A stretch of DNA of 64,000 nt from Eutreptiella sp. 'Long Island Sound 2002' (taxonomy: Eukaryota > Protista > Euglenida): positions 51,026,001 to 51,090,000 of the forward strand of contig OZ038378.1 of NCBI GenBank assembly GCA_964036045.1. The letters are read 5' to 3'. Both the position numbers and the translations under genes were made by a program. The notes under the pieces are model-generated. The model was given only the letters and a program-made list of their open reading frames with translations. It was not told the origin of the DNA and did no database searches. Numbering within the stretch: position 1 is the stretch's first letter; each line of letters opens with the position of its first letter. Positions 11,933 to 23,599 of the stretch are shown piece after piece.

Positions 11933-12311
11933 CTGCACAACACGGAACACGGACTTTTAGGCTCCAGAGGCAGAACCGGAGGCAACGCCGAGAACGCGCA
12001 ACACGCGCAGAACGCGCCACACGCAGTCCAGAGGCACAGTCAGAGGCAACACGCAGCACACGTAGCAGAGGGCACTGTGGGTGTTTTTTTCACGGGGGGG
12101 GGGTGGTTTGAGCCTCAATTCCCCTACCACACAGCAATCTGCAGCGGAGGGGGGGGGTTTCAACCTCGATTCCCCGACCACAGAGCAATAGGCAACAGGT
12201 GTGGTATCTTTTTTTGCGGGACACCACCAGTTCGCTTGTGCCGGGCGCCGGGCACTACATGTCCGATCGCCATAATACTCCATTATTGTACAGCCAAGAA
12301 ACCGGGTATAG

Positions 12312-15300
12312 CTACCACATATTACGACGCCACCAGTCCGGCGCCCGTTGAGAAAAAGCGCTTGTCTGCGCCGAAACTTCCCAAGGGGGGACCCGCAAAG
12401 CGGGCTGCGAACTCTGCCGCCCCCGGGACTCGTCGGGGTCCGGCCATCCCGGACTCGGTTCCCCAAGCGGGGAGAAATACCCCTGGGACCCCTCCCCCTC
12501 CCACCCGTCCTCCCCTTGCCAGCCCTCCCAACCCTCTACACTTCTTGGATTTCGCCATCCGTCATCTTGCCCTCGGCTGCCGTCTCCGTATCTGGATCCC
12601 CTTGCGGTTCGGCATGGCGTTCCGGGGAGGCGGGGGGCTCCTCCTTCACTCGCACAGGTGCCTGCAGAACGCGGAAAACGGGGTGCTGTCCTCCAGAGGA
12701 AGGCCGGAATCGAGACACGTGTAACGCGTAACACGCGCAGAACGCGCAACACACGCCAGGGTGTATTCGACAGGCACAACAGAACCATACGGGCATGACG
12801 CGCAAACAGCAGTGACCCCGCAACGCGCACTTGCTCACCTGCCGGACCACCATCGCCCCCTGCTGAGACCTCCGCACGTGCGGCAGCGCCTTTTGTAGCG
12901 CCTTCTGCGGGCTCCTTGGGTCCTTCTTTGGCCCCCTGACCTTCCGTCTCCGGGGGAGGCTTCTGCAGAACGCGAACGACGTGACGTCTGTCCTCCAGAG
13001 GCACGGCGGAGCCAAGACATGTAGAACGCGGAGAACGCGCAACACGCGCAACACGGAGCGCACCGGCCTCTGGAGGTGACAAAGAAGCACGCGTGGAGAA
13101 CACGCAGCACAGCGACCTGCTCCTCCTCCGTCCCTTCTGTTTTGATGCTCTGGGGATCGTCCCGCGTCTCGCCCGTCTCCTGCGGATCTTGTGGAAACAC
13201 AAGGGGGGCAACCAAGTGGCAGAACATTGGGCAGACGAGACCGGGGCTCCACATACATGTGACTCACGGCTCCGTACAAACCACGCATTGAAAGCCGCAA
13301 CGGAAGACGTACGATCGGGTTGGTTCCGCAGCCGCCCACGCACCTTCTTCCTCTCTGCCACATCGGTGAATGGGCCGAGCAGCGCCTTCGGACGAAGCTC
13401 CGGCGGCTTGCCCGATGCGCCGGGGGGCGCGCCCTAGGGCAGGGGAGGCGGGGGACCCCGCGGCGGCGCGCCATACGGCAGGAAGGGGGGTGGCCCCGCG
13501 GCGGCGCGCCACAGGGCAAGGGAGGCGGGTGGCCCCGCGGCGGCTCGCCATGCGGCGGCGGCGGAGGGGGGGCCCGCAGCTGTGGCGGATAGCTGGGCCA
13601 CTGCGGGTCTTCGTGGTATGACTGCTGGTACTGCGGTGGCGGGGCTGGAAGGTGCGGGTACCCGCTCATGTGAGGGGGCGCCCGATCCCAAGCGGCAGTG
13701 TGCACAATGTGTAACACGGCAAGTCCTCCTCTAGAAGTGTGCAAGGAATCATACGTGTAACACGCGTAGAACGCGCATCACGCTTCCATGGGCCTCCAGA
13801 GGCGGCGCGGAGGCACCACCGCGCACACCACCGAGACCACAAAGCACACAGATATCCGCGGTTTCCTCGCCGCCAGCTCTCGGGTGCGCACCAACGACCA
13901 TGCTCCAGACGCCGGAAGTTCGAGTTGCCGTTCCTCTTCCAATTTGTACGCCATCAGGCCGGCCATCCGGACAAACCGGACGAACTTCTCCTGCAGAACG
14001 CGGAAAACAGGATTGGTCCTCCAGAGGCACAGTAGAAGCAAATACCTAGAACGCGGAGAACGGGCATGACGCGCGGAGCGACTACGTAGAAACACAACAG
14101 AGGACGCGCGCAACAGCTGCAAAACATCCGTTTCCATCTCAACGATGTCTTCCATGCCCATTGTGCTCACCCGATCGCTGACCCCACCTCCACGACCGCC
14201 TCGCAGGCCCTGCATTTTCAGCTTGGCCAAACTGAGGCCCTCCGCCGGCGGGCTGAGGTCCACCGGCCATTGGGGCGCGGCGGCGCAACCTGTACAAAAT
14301 GACAGGCCCTTCAAAATCCCCTCGGCCACTTGTCTCGGGCTGCTCGATGGGTAGCGCTTCTCGAAGTGCTCACGGGCTGCTGCAGCCGACTAGGCGTTCT
14401 TGGTCCCGCAGCTCAGCACGCTTTGCACGCTCAGGGCCTGGACACTGGTGTGCAGCAGCAGGGCCAACCCGAGCTCTTGCTTGGACTTGGGTTCCTCCGA
14501 CAGGCACTCCCTGTAGTGCATCACCAGGCGACCCACGGTCGCGTTGAACTCCGTCTCCAAAATTCTCTGCATCGTCTCCACATCACGGTCGTACCCGCCT
14601 TCATGTTGGAACTTCTCTGCTCTTGTCGGTGCGACGCTGATGCTCTTTTGCGGGCCCTCCCCGCCGATCGCAAAGGACACGTTCCCACGGGCCGGCTTGT
14701 CCTTGTCCTTCTTTTTCTTGGGCATGTCGGCCTCGGACTTCTTCGGTGGCACCTCGGGCGGGCTCCGCTCCTCTGCCTTCCGCTTCTTCTTCTCTGCCAT
14801 TGTTTGCGGCTCCTGCTTGACCTCCAGCACGATGGACCGTGCTGCCTTTGCAGAAGAAGAGGAGTGTTTCTCCGGCACAACGGTGTCATCTGGCTCGTCC
14901 TCTGAATGCTCCCTCTTCACTGTGCCTCGGGCCTGCTTCTTGCCATGGGGTGTCAATGGCACGTTGTCGTCTTCCTCCTCTTCCTCCTCTTCCTCCTCCT
15001 CGTCTCCATCGTCCGTTGCCTTCTCCTCCTCCTCCTCCTCCTCACTCTCTTCTTCCTCGCCCTCCAACCAGGTCCACAACCGGTTCGCTTGGATATGCAG
15101 AACGCGCAGCACGCGTAACACGGTGGTGGTGCCCCCAGAGGCGGAGCGAGAGGCACATCGGCGGAACGTGCAGAACGCGCAAGACGCGCAACACGCGTAT
15201 AACGGGGGGCAGAATCACGTACAGATGCAACACGCAGCACGCCCAGAACAACCTTTGTGTACTCGAACCATCCATCCGGCTTAGCGCGGCAATCTTGGAC

Positions 15301-15933
15301 TTTTGCAGGATCCCGGGGCTTGCTTGGGTTCGTCTTGATCTGCAGGCAGTTGGTGGGGTAAGCAGCTTATCGAAAATGAAGACTAGGGACCGTCACGGTG
15401 CGACCAAACGGAACATAATGGCACTTGTCATGCATGCATACTTGATATGCGGCACATTGGTGAGGTACATCTCATCTTCTCGGCGATCCTTGCTGCCGGG
15501 TTTCTTGCGGTTGACCCAGGCTGCGTGCCACCCAGCTGTGCAGAAATGTGTGGCACGGCCCAGAAACAGAAACAAAAAATGTGAGAAAACGACATCGACG
15601 TGGGAGACATCCAAAGGCACAACACCCGTACTCCACCCCATTGAACAATCACATACATGTCTGTTGTTTGATCTGGAACACGATGAACGCGTTGTGCTTC
15701 AGCGTGGCCGCGTTCCCCCAACTGCCCAGGTGGCCCCCCTTGGCCAGCCACTGCTTGTGGCTGTCCGGGAAAAGCGGTGCGGGCATAAAGAAAGGGCTGA
15801 GGTACAGGAGGACGCGTAGCTCGCGCAAAACGTGGGTTCCAGCGTCCAGAAGCGTGATGTCGGTTACGTGCGGAACGCGGAACACGCCTTGCACGGATAT
15901 GCGACACGAGTTATTCGAGTTCCAGAGGCACAC
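12312..15933 (-). pseudogene. Multi-exon 'gene X' (unknown; weak JmjC/cupin-like motif, E/K-rich linker, Pro-rich tail), copy 1
   Basis: Exon peptides FCTAGWHAAWVN, ARGNVSFAIGGEGPQKSISVAPTRAEKF, EEPKSKQELGLALLL and RMAGLMAYKLEEERQLELPASGAWSLVRTRE have homologues at 27.6-29.6 kb and 55-57.4 kb. GT-AG introns lie at 12662-12838, 12963-13116 and 13991-14125. Confidence 0.65.
12662..14125 (-). repeat. Three mutually homologous GT-AG introns (12662-12838, 12963-13116, 13991-14125)
   Basis: All end in CCTCTGGAGGAC..(T)CCGCGTTCTGCAG or a close variant and contain GCGTGTTGCGCGTTCT-type repeats. Related motifs occur at 9960-10140, 11933-12070, 15095-15250 and 15860-16010. Confidence 0.75.
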
Positions 15934-16811
15934 CTAGAAGCGAACGCTTAGAACACGTAACACGCGTAACACACGCGGCACACGGAGCACGAAAGCCAAG
16001 GTAGAGGCAACGGCACGATACGCTTCTCACATGGAAAACGGTGGAAATGAACAAAACGGATGCTTCCATGACGTCCGGCACGTTCGAAAACCCCCCGGAA
16101 CAACAAAACTTTATGGATTCATTTTTGACGAACAAAAAACGTTGATTCCGTTCTGCGCGTGGTAGACAAAGGAATATGGCATACTACACGCCTACAACAA
16201 CCACAAACGGTATATGGACACCATCATACACATGATCCATGGGCGGAGGGCGCGATGAAGTACTCTTGGCTGCTCCCACACCCAACCCCCACAGACCCCA
16301 CCTCCCCCTACAGAGTGTGGTCTGCATGCTATCCTTGGGCATTGTGGAGCGCACCCTCTCACACCCACAAAAGCATGCGGCGCATAGGCACTATATATTC
16401 AAGTGGAGAAATTGCCCCTAACCGACACAAGACACGCATCCACCATCACTGTGGGTATTCCTTCCACCCTGCACCTCACATGACCGACCGCAGGTTCGAC
16501 CGGAGAGAAGGTAGAGAGAAAGCGTACCAGAGGCACTTGTGCAACAAGCCAGGAAATCGTGAACACCACACAAGGCGGCCGTGTGGACTACCACGATCAA
16601 CCCATGTGCCCCACTCATGCTGCAAAAATGGCATATGCAGAGAGGAAGTGCATGAGTGTAACAGCCGGGGTGCCGTCAGGTGCGGCCCCGAGTTTACCCT
16701 CTCCCCTGGTTACCAAGTCACTGTGGGTCTCCCATTTTTTGGGGTGACGGCCTCTTGAAGGCTAGGGACAATGGCAACTGGGATGTGCAAGCACAATAGG
16801 TATACATTCTC

Positions 16812-18300
16812 TTAGACCCGAGACATCAACAGAAGGCTTAACTCTGGGAAACACTGTGGCGTGTCATCCCTACGCTCCCTCCCCTCAGCAGAAACACCGC
16901 GCAGGGCCTCGTAATCTTCAAACATTTCCATGGTCCATTCCTCATCGCGGCGCAATGTGCCATGCATACCGGCTCCTAACCGGCCATCGGGCACACCATC
17001 CCAAGCAGTAGAGTGCACCACTCGCACATTGTGGGGTCCCAGGTGCATGCACCCAAACATCTTTCCCTTGTAACTCCCGCAGCCATCGAACACATGTTGA
17101 GAAAGTGCAGGCATACTGACTTGAGCTATTCCGGGATGTATGATGATTTTCTGTCGACATTGTATGGTCTGCGCAACCAAGGGGTACAAGGTAAAATAAC
17201 TGTCCCCCACCACGGATAACTCAGCAGAGGGTAGTGCAGACCGCAAGCTAGAGAGGTAGTTCGGCATGGCCACACACCAATGGTCGCAGAAAGTGCCATG
17301 TTCACCTCCACAAAACCATTTTCCCTTCTCTCCACAGAGACCACGCTTCAAACAGTTGAGCGGACAAAAAACCTCCTATAGGCACACCCTTAGCTCCTTG
17401 CGAGTAACAAGGGGCCTAAAACAAACAGTTCACTGGTGTATAACTCAAACTGGATGTCCCGGTACTAGAGATATTATAAAACCGGTCCGAAGGTCCGGTG
17501 CCAATGGCGCCAAGATGTTTTAAGAGGCCTTTTGCAATACCACACATCAGCGGTCCTCTCTGAGTGTCGGGTTTCACGAGCGAACATGCCCAGTGCTCCG
17601 CGGGTAGCACATTTCCTTTGGAAGTCTCCCAAAACATATCCTCCACGTCCTTTTCCCACAAAAGCCTAGAACTAGAGGAAGCACTCAAGCGTTGGGCAGC
17701 TTGTGCATGGTCTCGCACACCAAGTCACCTTTGAAAGCTATATGCGTGGAGGGTAGAGACAACAAAAGAAATGATTTGCGGTAACGTGTGTCGGATCCAT
17801 TTTCCCCAAGGCGCAACACAATTGTGACGGAATGAGATCACATCGCGGCATTTCAACCCCGGTGTTTGCGCGCAAGTTTTGAGGTTTCCATTTCAGCATG
17901 ATAAAGAATGCGGGCGCAACAATTATACATATATTCCGCATCATGGGGTCCAAAAGTAGATGTTCCCACCGCATAGCAAAGACGGTGGGATCACCCAAGA
18001 TGTGCCGCCATGCCCAGTGGCGTATAGCATCCACCACCACCCCTCGTGCATTCGCCCGGTGTGCAATGGTGTACAGGGTACTAAGATGCGCTTGGCGCCC
18101 CGTAACAGCCACACCGAGAACCGAAAAGCGGCTACCAAACATCGTGTCAACAGTGATGTGAGTCGCGTACAGAATGCGGCAGACGCCGTATCGCTTAGTG
18201 AGGAACTTGTTGAACAACCCTGCAACAATCCATTGCGACTGCCGCACGGTGCGTGCATGCAGCGCAACTTCTACAGACAAGTGGGGTGCTCATACATATG
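16812..18300 (-). pseudogene. Decayed homologue of the 627-aa putative transposase at 40423
   Basis: ARTVRQSQWIVAGLFNKFLTKRYGVCRILYATHITVD resembles WRTGRQMILSAVRRGVAKEFIRFCAGLRVNKRTRITID (40142-40393). MFWE..KG resembles LFWKPFG. It has many stops and frameshifts. Confidence 0.4.
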
Positions 18301-18464
18301 TATGCAGTCAAAGGCACCCTCAAATAAGTCACCGGCACGTGCTAACGGCCGAAACACTACAAGCTCTGTCATATGCCTTTCTCTACCGAGGTTACACATC
18401 AAATTTTTCCTTTACATGAAAATTTGCATGTTGACTTGAATGCAGGATATTTGCAAATTACCCC

Positions 18465-20405
18465 GCCGGTTACCCACTCCCGTAGTGTAAGTCAAGAAGG
18501 CTTTTTTGCTTTAGGTTTTTTTGGACGTCGTCGATGCGTGTGCAACCCGGGGTGTAACCCCTAGTGTTAGTGCACACTCATTTTTCCTTCCCTAGGCGCG
18601 GTTACATAGGGGTGTCGCCGTTTGAACCGGCGGTTGCCGTCTGCTTTCCCTTCCGTCTTGGTTTGCAAGGTTTTCGTAAAATGCCGTTGCCCCCAGTCCC
18701 CAAGAAGTTCATAGGCAGCTGTCAGGGAACGGTGTGTTCTTGTCGTGACATTGGTGGCACGTTGCGACGCCGAACGCCGTGATTGTCCTTATGGTATGTG
18801 TTTTGCATGTCGTGCATCCAAGGGTTACACGAATGCCAACGCTTACACGTGCAGTTATGCACTCATAATTCCGTGCCCTGCAGCGGTTACGAAAATACCA
18901 ATGGTTACACGTGCGGTTACGCATTCGTAGTTCGGTTCCTTGCATCCGTTGCTCTCATGTGTAACCGGTTACATGTGTGGTCACACCACCGGTTAAATTG
19001 TATGTGTTTTTGTTTCCAGTTTGAGAAGGACGTACAACCACGCTACCTTTGTTCGTGGGCCAAGAAGGCAAGCCCCAAAGAGCCGCTGTTGCAAAATTTC
19101 GTTGGGTCCGGTGTGGCCGATGATGCGGTGGAGGACATTGTGAACAAGGGGACCATGCATCAGTGTGCAAAAAACGGACGTAATGTTTGCGGTTATTTCG
19201 CTGGTCCCTCGGCGAAGGACAACAAAAAGGGAGCCGGAAAGGGCAAGGAATCGGAGGAGAAAGCCCCACCCAAGGCCCGGATGAAGCAGTCCACCAAGGG
19301 AGGCCGTGATGGTGAAAGCTCCGCTTTTGAAAGGTCCCATGGGTTGGCAGATTTCCAAAGGTTGAAGGTGGTCGGGCAGATGTGCCAGCCATGGCCGCGC
19401 AAGGAGTGGACCCCCATCCTCCAAAGGCCCCCCACAGTAAGTCACCCAAGAGAGCGGCAGAAGAGGAGGGAGCTGACGTGGAGGATGTGCACAATGCCTC
19501 AGGGGATGAGGACGAGGAAGAGGAGGACAAAGAGGAGAAGCCATTGCAGAAGCGGAAATGGGAAGGCTAAATCGAAGAATTTAAAAACATCCTTCACGGT
19601 GCATGGACGCGCAAAGGCAGGGGAAAAGGCATTATGGACAACAGAAACCCGGGCAGGGGTCAATGCACGCTCCCCCCACCTAGAGCAGTTGTACTAGCGC
19701 ACCATGGCCATTTTGAAGGAGGAACATGGACTCAACACCACCCAGCTAACGCTCTCTTTTGTCGCTGACCTGGTCGCCTTTTCTGCGATCATCCCGATGG
19801 AGCACTTTTCGGGGGACCCCCTGCACCCATGTGAAGTGGCTTAGGGAGGACTACGCCCGGTCGTTGGCGGTAGCGCTCGACTGCAACAGCACCGTCATGA
19901 CCAGCCGTTTCAAGGCTTGAGGGGGGGGTTCCACACTCGTACGCCGTTCGCTAGTGCCCCTCCGTTTCTTGTCCTCCTGCGTACCATTGTGGCACGCAGA
20001 TCATCGGCGAAACGTCCAAGGCGCTTGCCAGTGCCAAGGTGAAGTTGAAGCAGCGCCATGGGATGACACCGGGCGGCGAAGCAACCCTCGAATGCGCACG
20101 TATGCCCTTTACCCCACCGGTTAGGGAACCTGTTACACTGTGCCTACCTTCGTTTGGACCCAGTTGCATTATGTGCTATCACTTGCACAACCGGTTACTC
20201 GATTTGTTTACAATGCACGTAACGGGTGACAAGTTTGTGTCACTAGTTACATGACCGTTTATAGGATGTGCAGAAGCGAACGTGGGTGCAAGGGTTGTCA
20301 CCGGACGCGCAACCGTTGTTACCGAGTGTGGAACCATTGTTACCTGACATATGCACTGTGTAGGTTTTCGTGCTATACGGCATCATGGGTTACATTCACC
20401 GGTTG
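18465..20405. repeat. GGTTAC/GTAACC motif family; perfect 14-bp palindrome TGTAACCGGTTACA at 18960-18973
   Basis: More than 15 ggttac/gtaacc/accggtt sites concentrated in 18465-19000 and 20110-20405, which are non-coding intervals. Confidence 0.7.
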
Positions 20406-21400
20406 CCCGCATTTGGCGGATGCGGACGATGACCCGCCGGTAGGATTCCCCGAGGGCACCCCACCACTGGCATCTCCAGGCCACCTAGCACCAGCGGGCA
20501 CCACAGTGCCGCAGGAGACGACACCTCAACGTTCTACGCACGTTTGGCCAACTTGGAGTATGCCAGGTCACCTGAAGCGGGGCGGCCACCGTCGCTTGCG
20601 GGAGGCCATCCGGGGGGGAGAATCGGGGTAGGCCATTGAGGTCCCCGCATGTACGAACGCAAGACCTTATGGAAATGTAAACCGAAATGCTGCAAGAAAC
20701 CGCAGAGCACACCTAGAAGCATTTTTGCGTCATGCTCATGGTCATGAAGCAAGGTGGGACCACCCATTCCGGAGTTTGCTGGTGGCTATGCACCGGTTAG
20801 CAGGGCAGAGTGGGACCACAAGATTTACGAGGTGACCAAACTCAGGAAGAAGCGGGGAAGAACGGAACGGCAAAGTCCGGCAGAGGCCCCGCAGAGCAGC
20901 AGCTCGGACAGCAGCACCCCGAGTGACGAAGATGAGGAGCAGCGGAAGAAGCGCAAGGCGCGCAAAAAGGACAGGAAGCAGAGGAAGCGGGAAAAGAAGG
21001 TAGATTTGCAGCGCCACCTGGCGGAGGCCCTCGCCCAGGCTGCAATGCACAAGGTAGGCATAGGTCCGGCGGGTTCGACGGGTTAGGCAGCAGAGACTGG
21101 CAGTGCCGGAGTGCACTAGGCGGGTTCGCCGGTGGCCCTAGGTGTTGCGGCAGGCCTGTTGGGCGCTTTAGGCATTGTCTTTGTGCTGGTTGTGACGGCA
21201 GGCCCTCCGGATGTGACAGGCGGCCCTCCAAGTGTGACAGCGGGCCCTGTGGGTGTCAGAGTGGGCCCTTTGTCCGCGGAGAACCCGGAGCTAGCTCGTC
21301 CGCTACGCCTGCGCCTCAAACTGAGTATAGCCCCTTTGGTCAACGAGCGCCTGGATTTCCGGTTCTTGTTCGTCGTCAATGAGTCACCAATGCGCTCCTG
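18783..21400 (+). pseudogene. Unknown multi-exon gene with K/R/E-rich exons
   Basis: An acceptor tttccag at 19020 precedes FEKDVQPRYLCSW.... Further exon-like blocks lie at 19700-20100 and 20754-21055 (donor aag|gtaggc). No family was recognised. Confidence 0.35.
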
Positions 21401-22499
21401 CATAGGGGATAGGTGTTGAATGAAGCCCACGTGCCTTGACGCACAGGGGTTACGATTTCAATGCGGCCCGAGTGTGCTCATGCACAGGAGCCAAGAGCTC
21501 AATGTGGCCCCAGTGTGCTCAGGCACAAGGGCCAAGATTTCCAAAAGGCCCCCGTGCGCCAATAAATAGGGGCCATGAGTTCAATGAGGCCCTAGCAACA
21601 TGTTGGAGCAGCAACGTGTTTGGAAAAAAATGACCCAAAAATGGAAATTTACTTGTTCCAACAATATAACTTCCAAAAGGAAAATCCACAAGTGCCCAGT
21701 ACCATTGGCACATAGTTGAAAGTGCAATGAGCAAAGTGGACCAAAATGGTCCAAGAATGATCCAAACGTGTTCCGCGGATCACCACCCTCGAAGCCCCCC
21801 TCCCCGTCGCCTAGTGCTCGGATCAACAATGATCCGGATCACCTACGCCTCGCGCCCTGCTTGAGGCACAGGGGTGCGTTGGTAGACATCAAGGTCCGAA
21901 TTCCACAGTCTACCAGGGACAGAAAGTTGACATTTCTTTGCTTTCCTCTCGTTGCCCACGTTATTTTGCGGCTCCCTTTTCCTGGGCCTTTGTAGCAAGA
22001 TTACCTATTTGGAGGTTGTCGGAGGCAATGTAACTATGAAGTCAACTGAAGATGCTGTCCTTTTGCCAAGTCCAGGCCAACTGCATGCGTAGAGCGTGCA
22101 ACTCATATATTTTTTTGGCATGGTGCTTTTGTTGTGGCTCTTGCATGCAATGTGAGGAACTATCGCCCATTTGCACTCTTTGTCTCTTTTGCTCACGGTG
22201 TGTTACGGGTTAAGATTTTTTTTTAATGAAGCCAATTTTGTTCGCGCCAAGTGGTAGTCAGCGCGCCAAGTCGTGACGTGGCACATGCCAAGCCATTCAG
22301 TTGCTTGTACCTCAATTTCTGCTCCTCCCTACACCTCTTCCCATTACATATTACTTGTTGTTAGCGACCTCATTTTCAATAATGCCTCCCCAATTCAAAA
22401 CTGCAAAGAAGGTCACCGTGCAAACCAGGGCCGCCACCAAAACCCGACTTCGCTACAATGATGATTTGCAGCGTGTCATCTAGGATTACCGGCCTCGCT

Positions 22500-23075
22500 C
22501 TTGTGCTGAGCTTCCCCCACGGGCTTCCCCCCAATGTCCTACCGGCTCACCACCCAAGATATGTCCACCTTCCCCAACTTACCCCACGGGTTGGTGGATG
22601 CGCGAGGGAGGACTTTGGCTGCGCTAGAGTGGGACTTCCAGGAGCACGAGGTGCCCTTCTTCATTTCGCGAATCCATTGTACGCACATGCATTTTGCCTC
22701 GGAGAGGGATGTGCTTGGTTGCTTGGCCTACGGGGTGGTCAACATGTTCCCTGCTACCCTCGCAGCCTTCTTGAGTTCGAAGCACAAGACATCTTTGCCA
22801 TTGGCTGCGCCCAAACCGACTGCAACCCGCACCGCATCGGCCACCGCCAATCTCACGTCCTCCTCCAAGTAGAAGAGGTAGTTCGATTGGCAGACGGCCT
22901 TGCAACAATGCAGGATGTACGCCCGCACGACCTCCGCGGCCCGTAGGTCGGCGAGCGATGGGGTATCCGCGTACAAGGCCCGGAGGAGGTTTCGCATGCC
23001 AACCACCGCTTGCAACTCATCGTCCTCCAGGGCGTAGGCCAATAGTGGCCCTAGTTCCTCCCATGTGACGAACAA
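22500..23075 (-). pseudogene. Transib/RAG1-like transposase C-terminal fragment
   Basis: QSNYLFYLEEDVRLAVADAVRVAVGLGAANGKDV resembles RAG1 ITNYFHKTLAHVPEII...GSIGAWASEG. Confidence 0.4.
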
Positions 23076-23240
23076 TGCCCGTGCCTCCTCTCTGCTAGGC
23101 GAAGCCCAGGCCCCAATGGTGATGCCGGTGCCAGTCCGCCAGGCATGCGTTGCACGGCCACGACGTTATCCTTGGGAAGGCCCCTTAGGCGGGCCTCAAT
23201 GAGGCCACTTGGAGGCAGCCGCTGAATTAACAATATTGGT

Positions 23241-23486
23241 GTGTGGGACAAGGTTGCGTCGGCGTGGGTGAAGGTGGGGGTCCGCGGTACATTGGAGCGG
23301 GAGGTGGTGGCCCCTCGCCGCTATCACAAGACAGGCCTCAGCTTGGATAATGGTCGGTGCGTAGGAGACCCGCACGCTGTGGTGGAGCGGTGCTTGGTCT
23401 TCCTATGCATCCTCCCTTGTTGCATGGCCATGGACTATCACGCTATGTGCTTGAGCCGGGCACAAAGAGTTTTACAAAATGCATAA
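23241..23486 (+). pseudogene. Transposase core fragment of the same family as 1726-1932
   Basis: RCLVFLCILPCCMAMD versus RNRVFLCILHCCMTFG. Confidence 0.5.
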
Positions 23487-23599
23487 ACTGAGCGCATAAC
23501 AGGCTGGAGATGTTGATGCGGCCCAAAGATGGAAGTGGGTCGACCCAAGAGGACTCTTCGGCAGAACAAGATCACCACAGATGCGGTCGTGCAATATAA

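Noticed and set aside
12536-13744. 402-aa plus-strand ORF and other long Pro/Arg/Gly-rich ORFs (for example 5716-6342, 14839-15819, 24245-24805)
   Set aside because: They are shadow frames of GC-rich or low-complexity sequence. The conserved homologous peptides are on the other strand or frame.
1438-22214. piggyBac TTAA-bounded termini (ttaacaccctt at about 1440, gtgttacgggttaa at about 22200)
   Set aside because: I could not find a matching inverted partner by eye, so no TIR pair is claimed.
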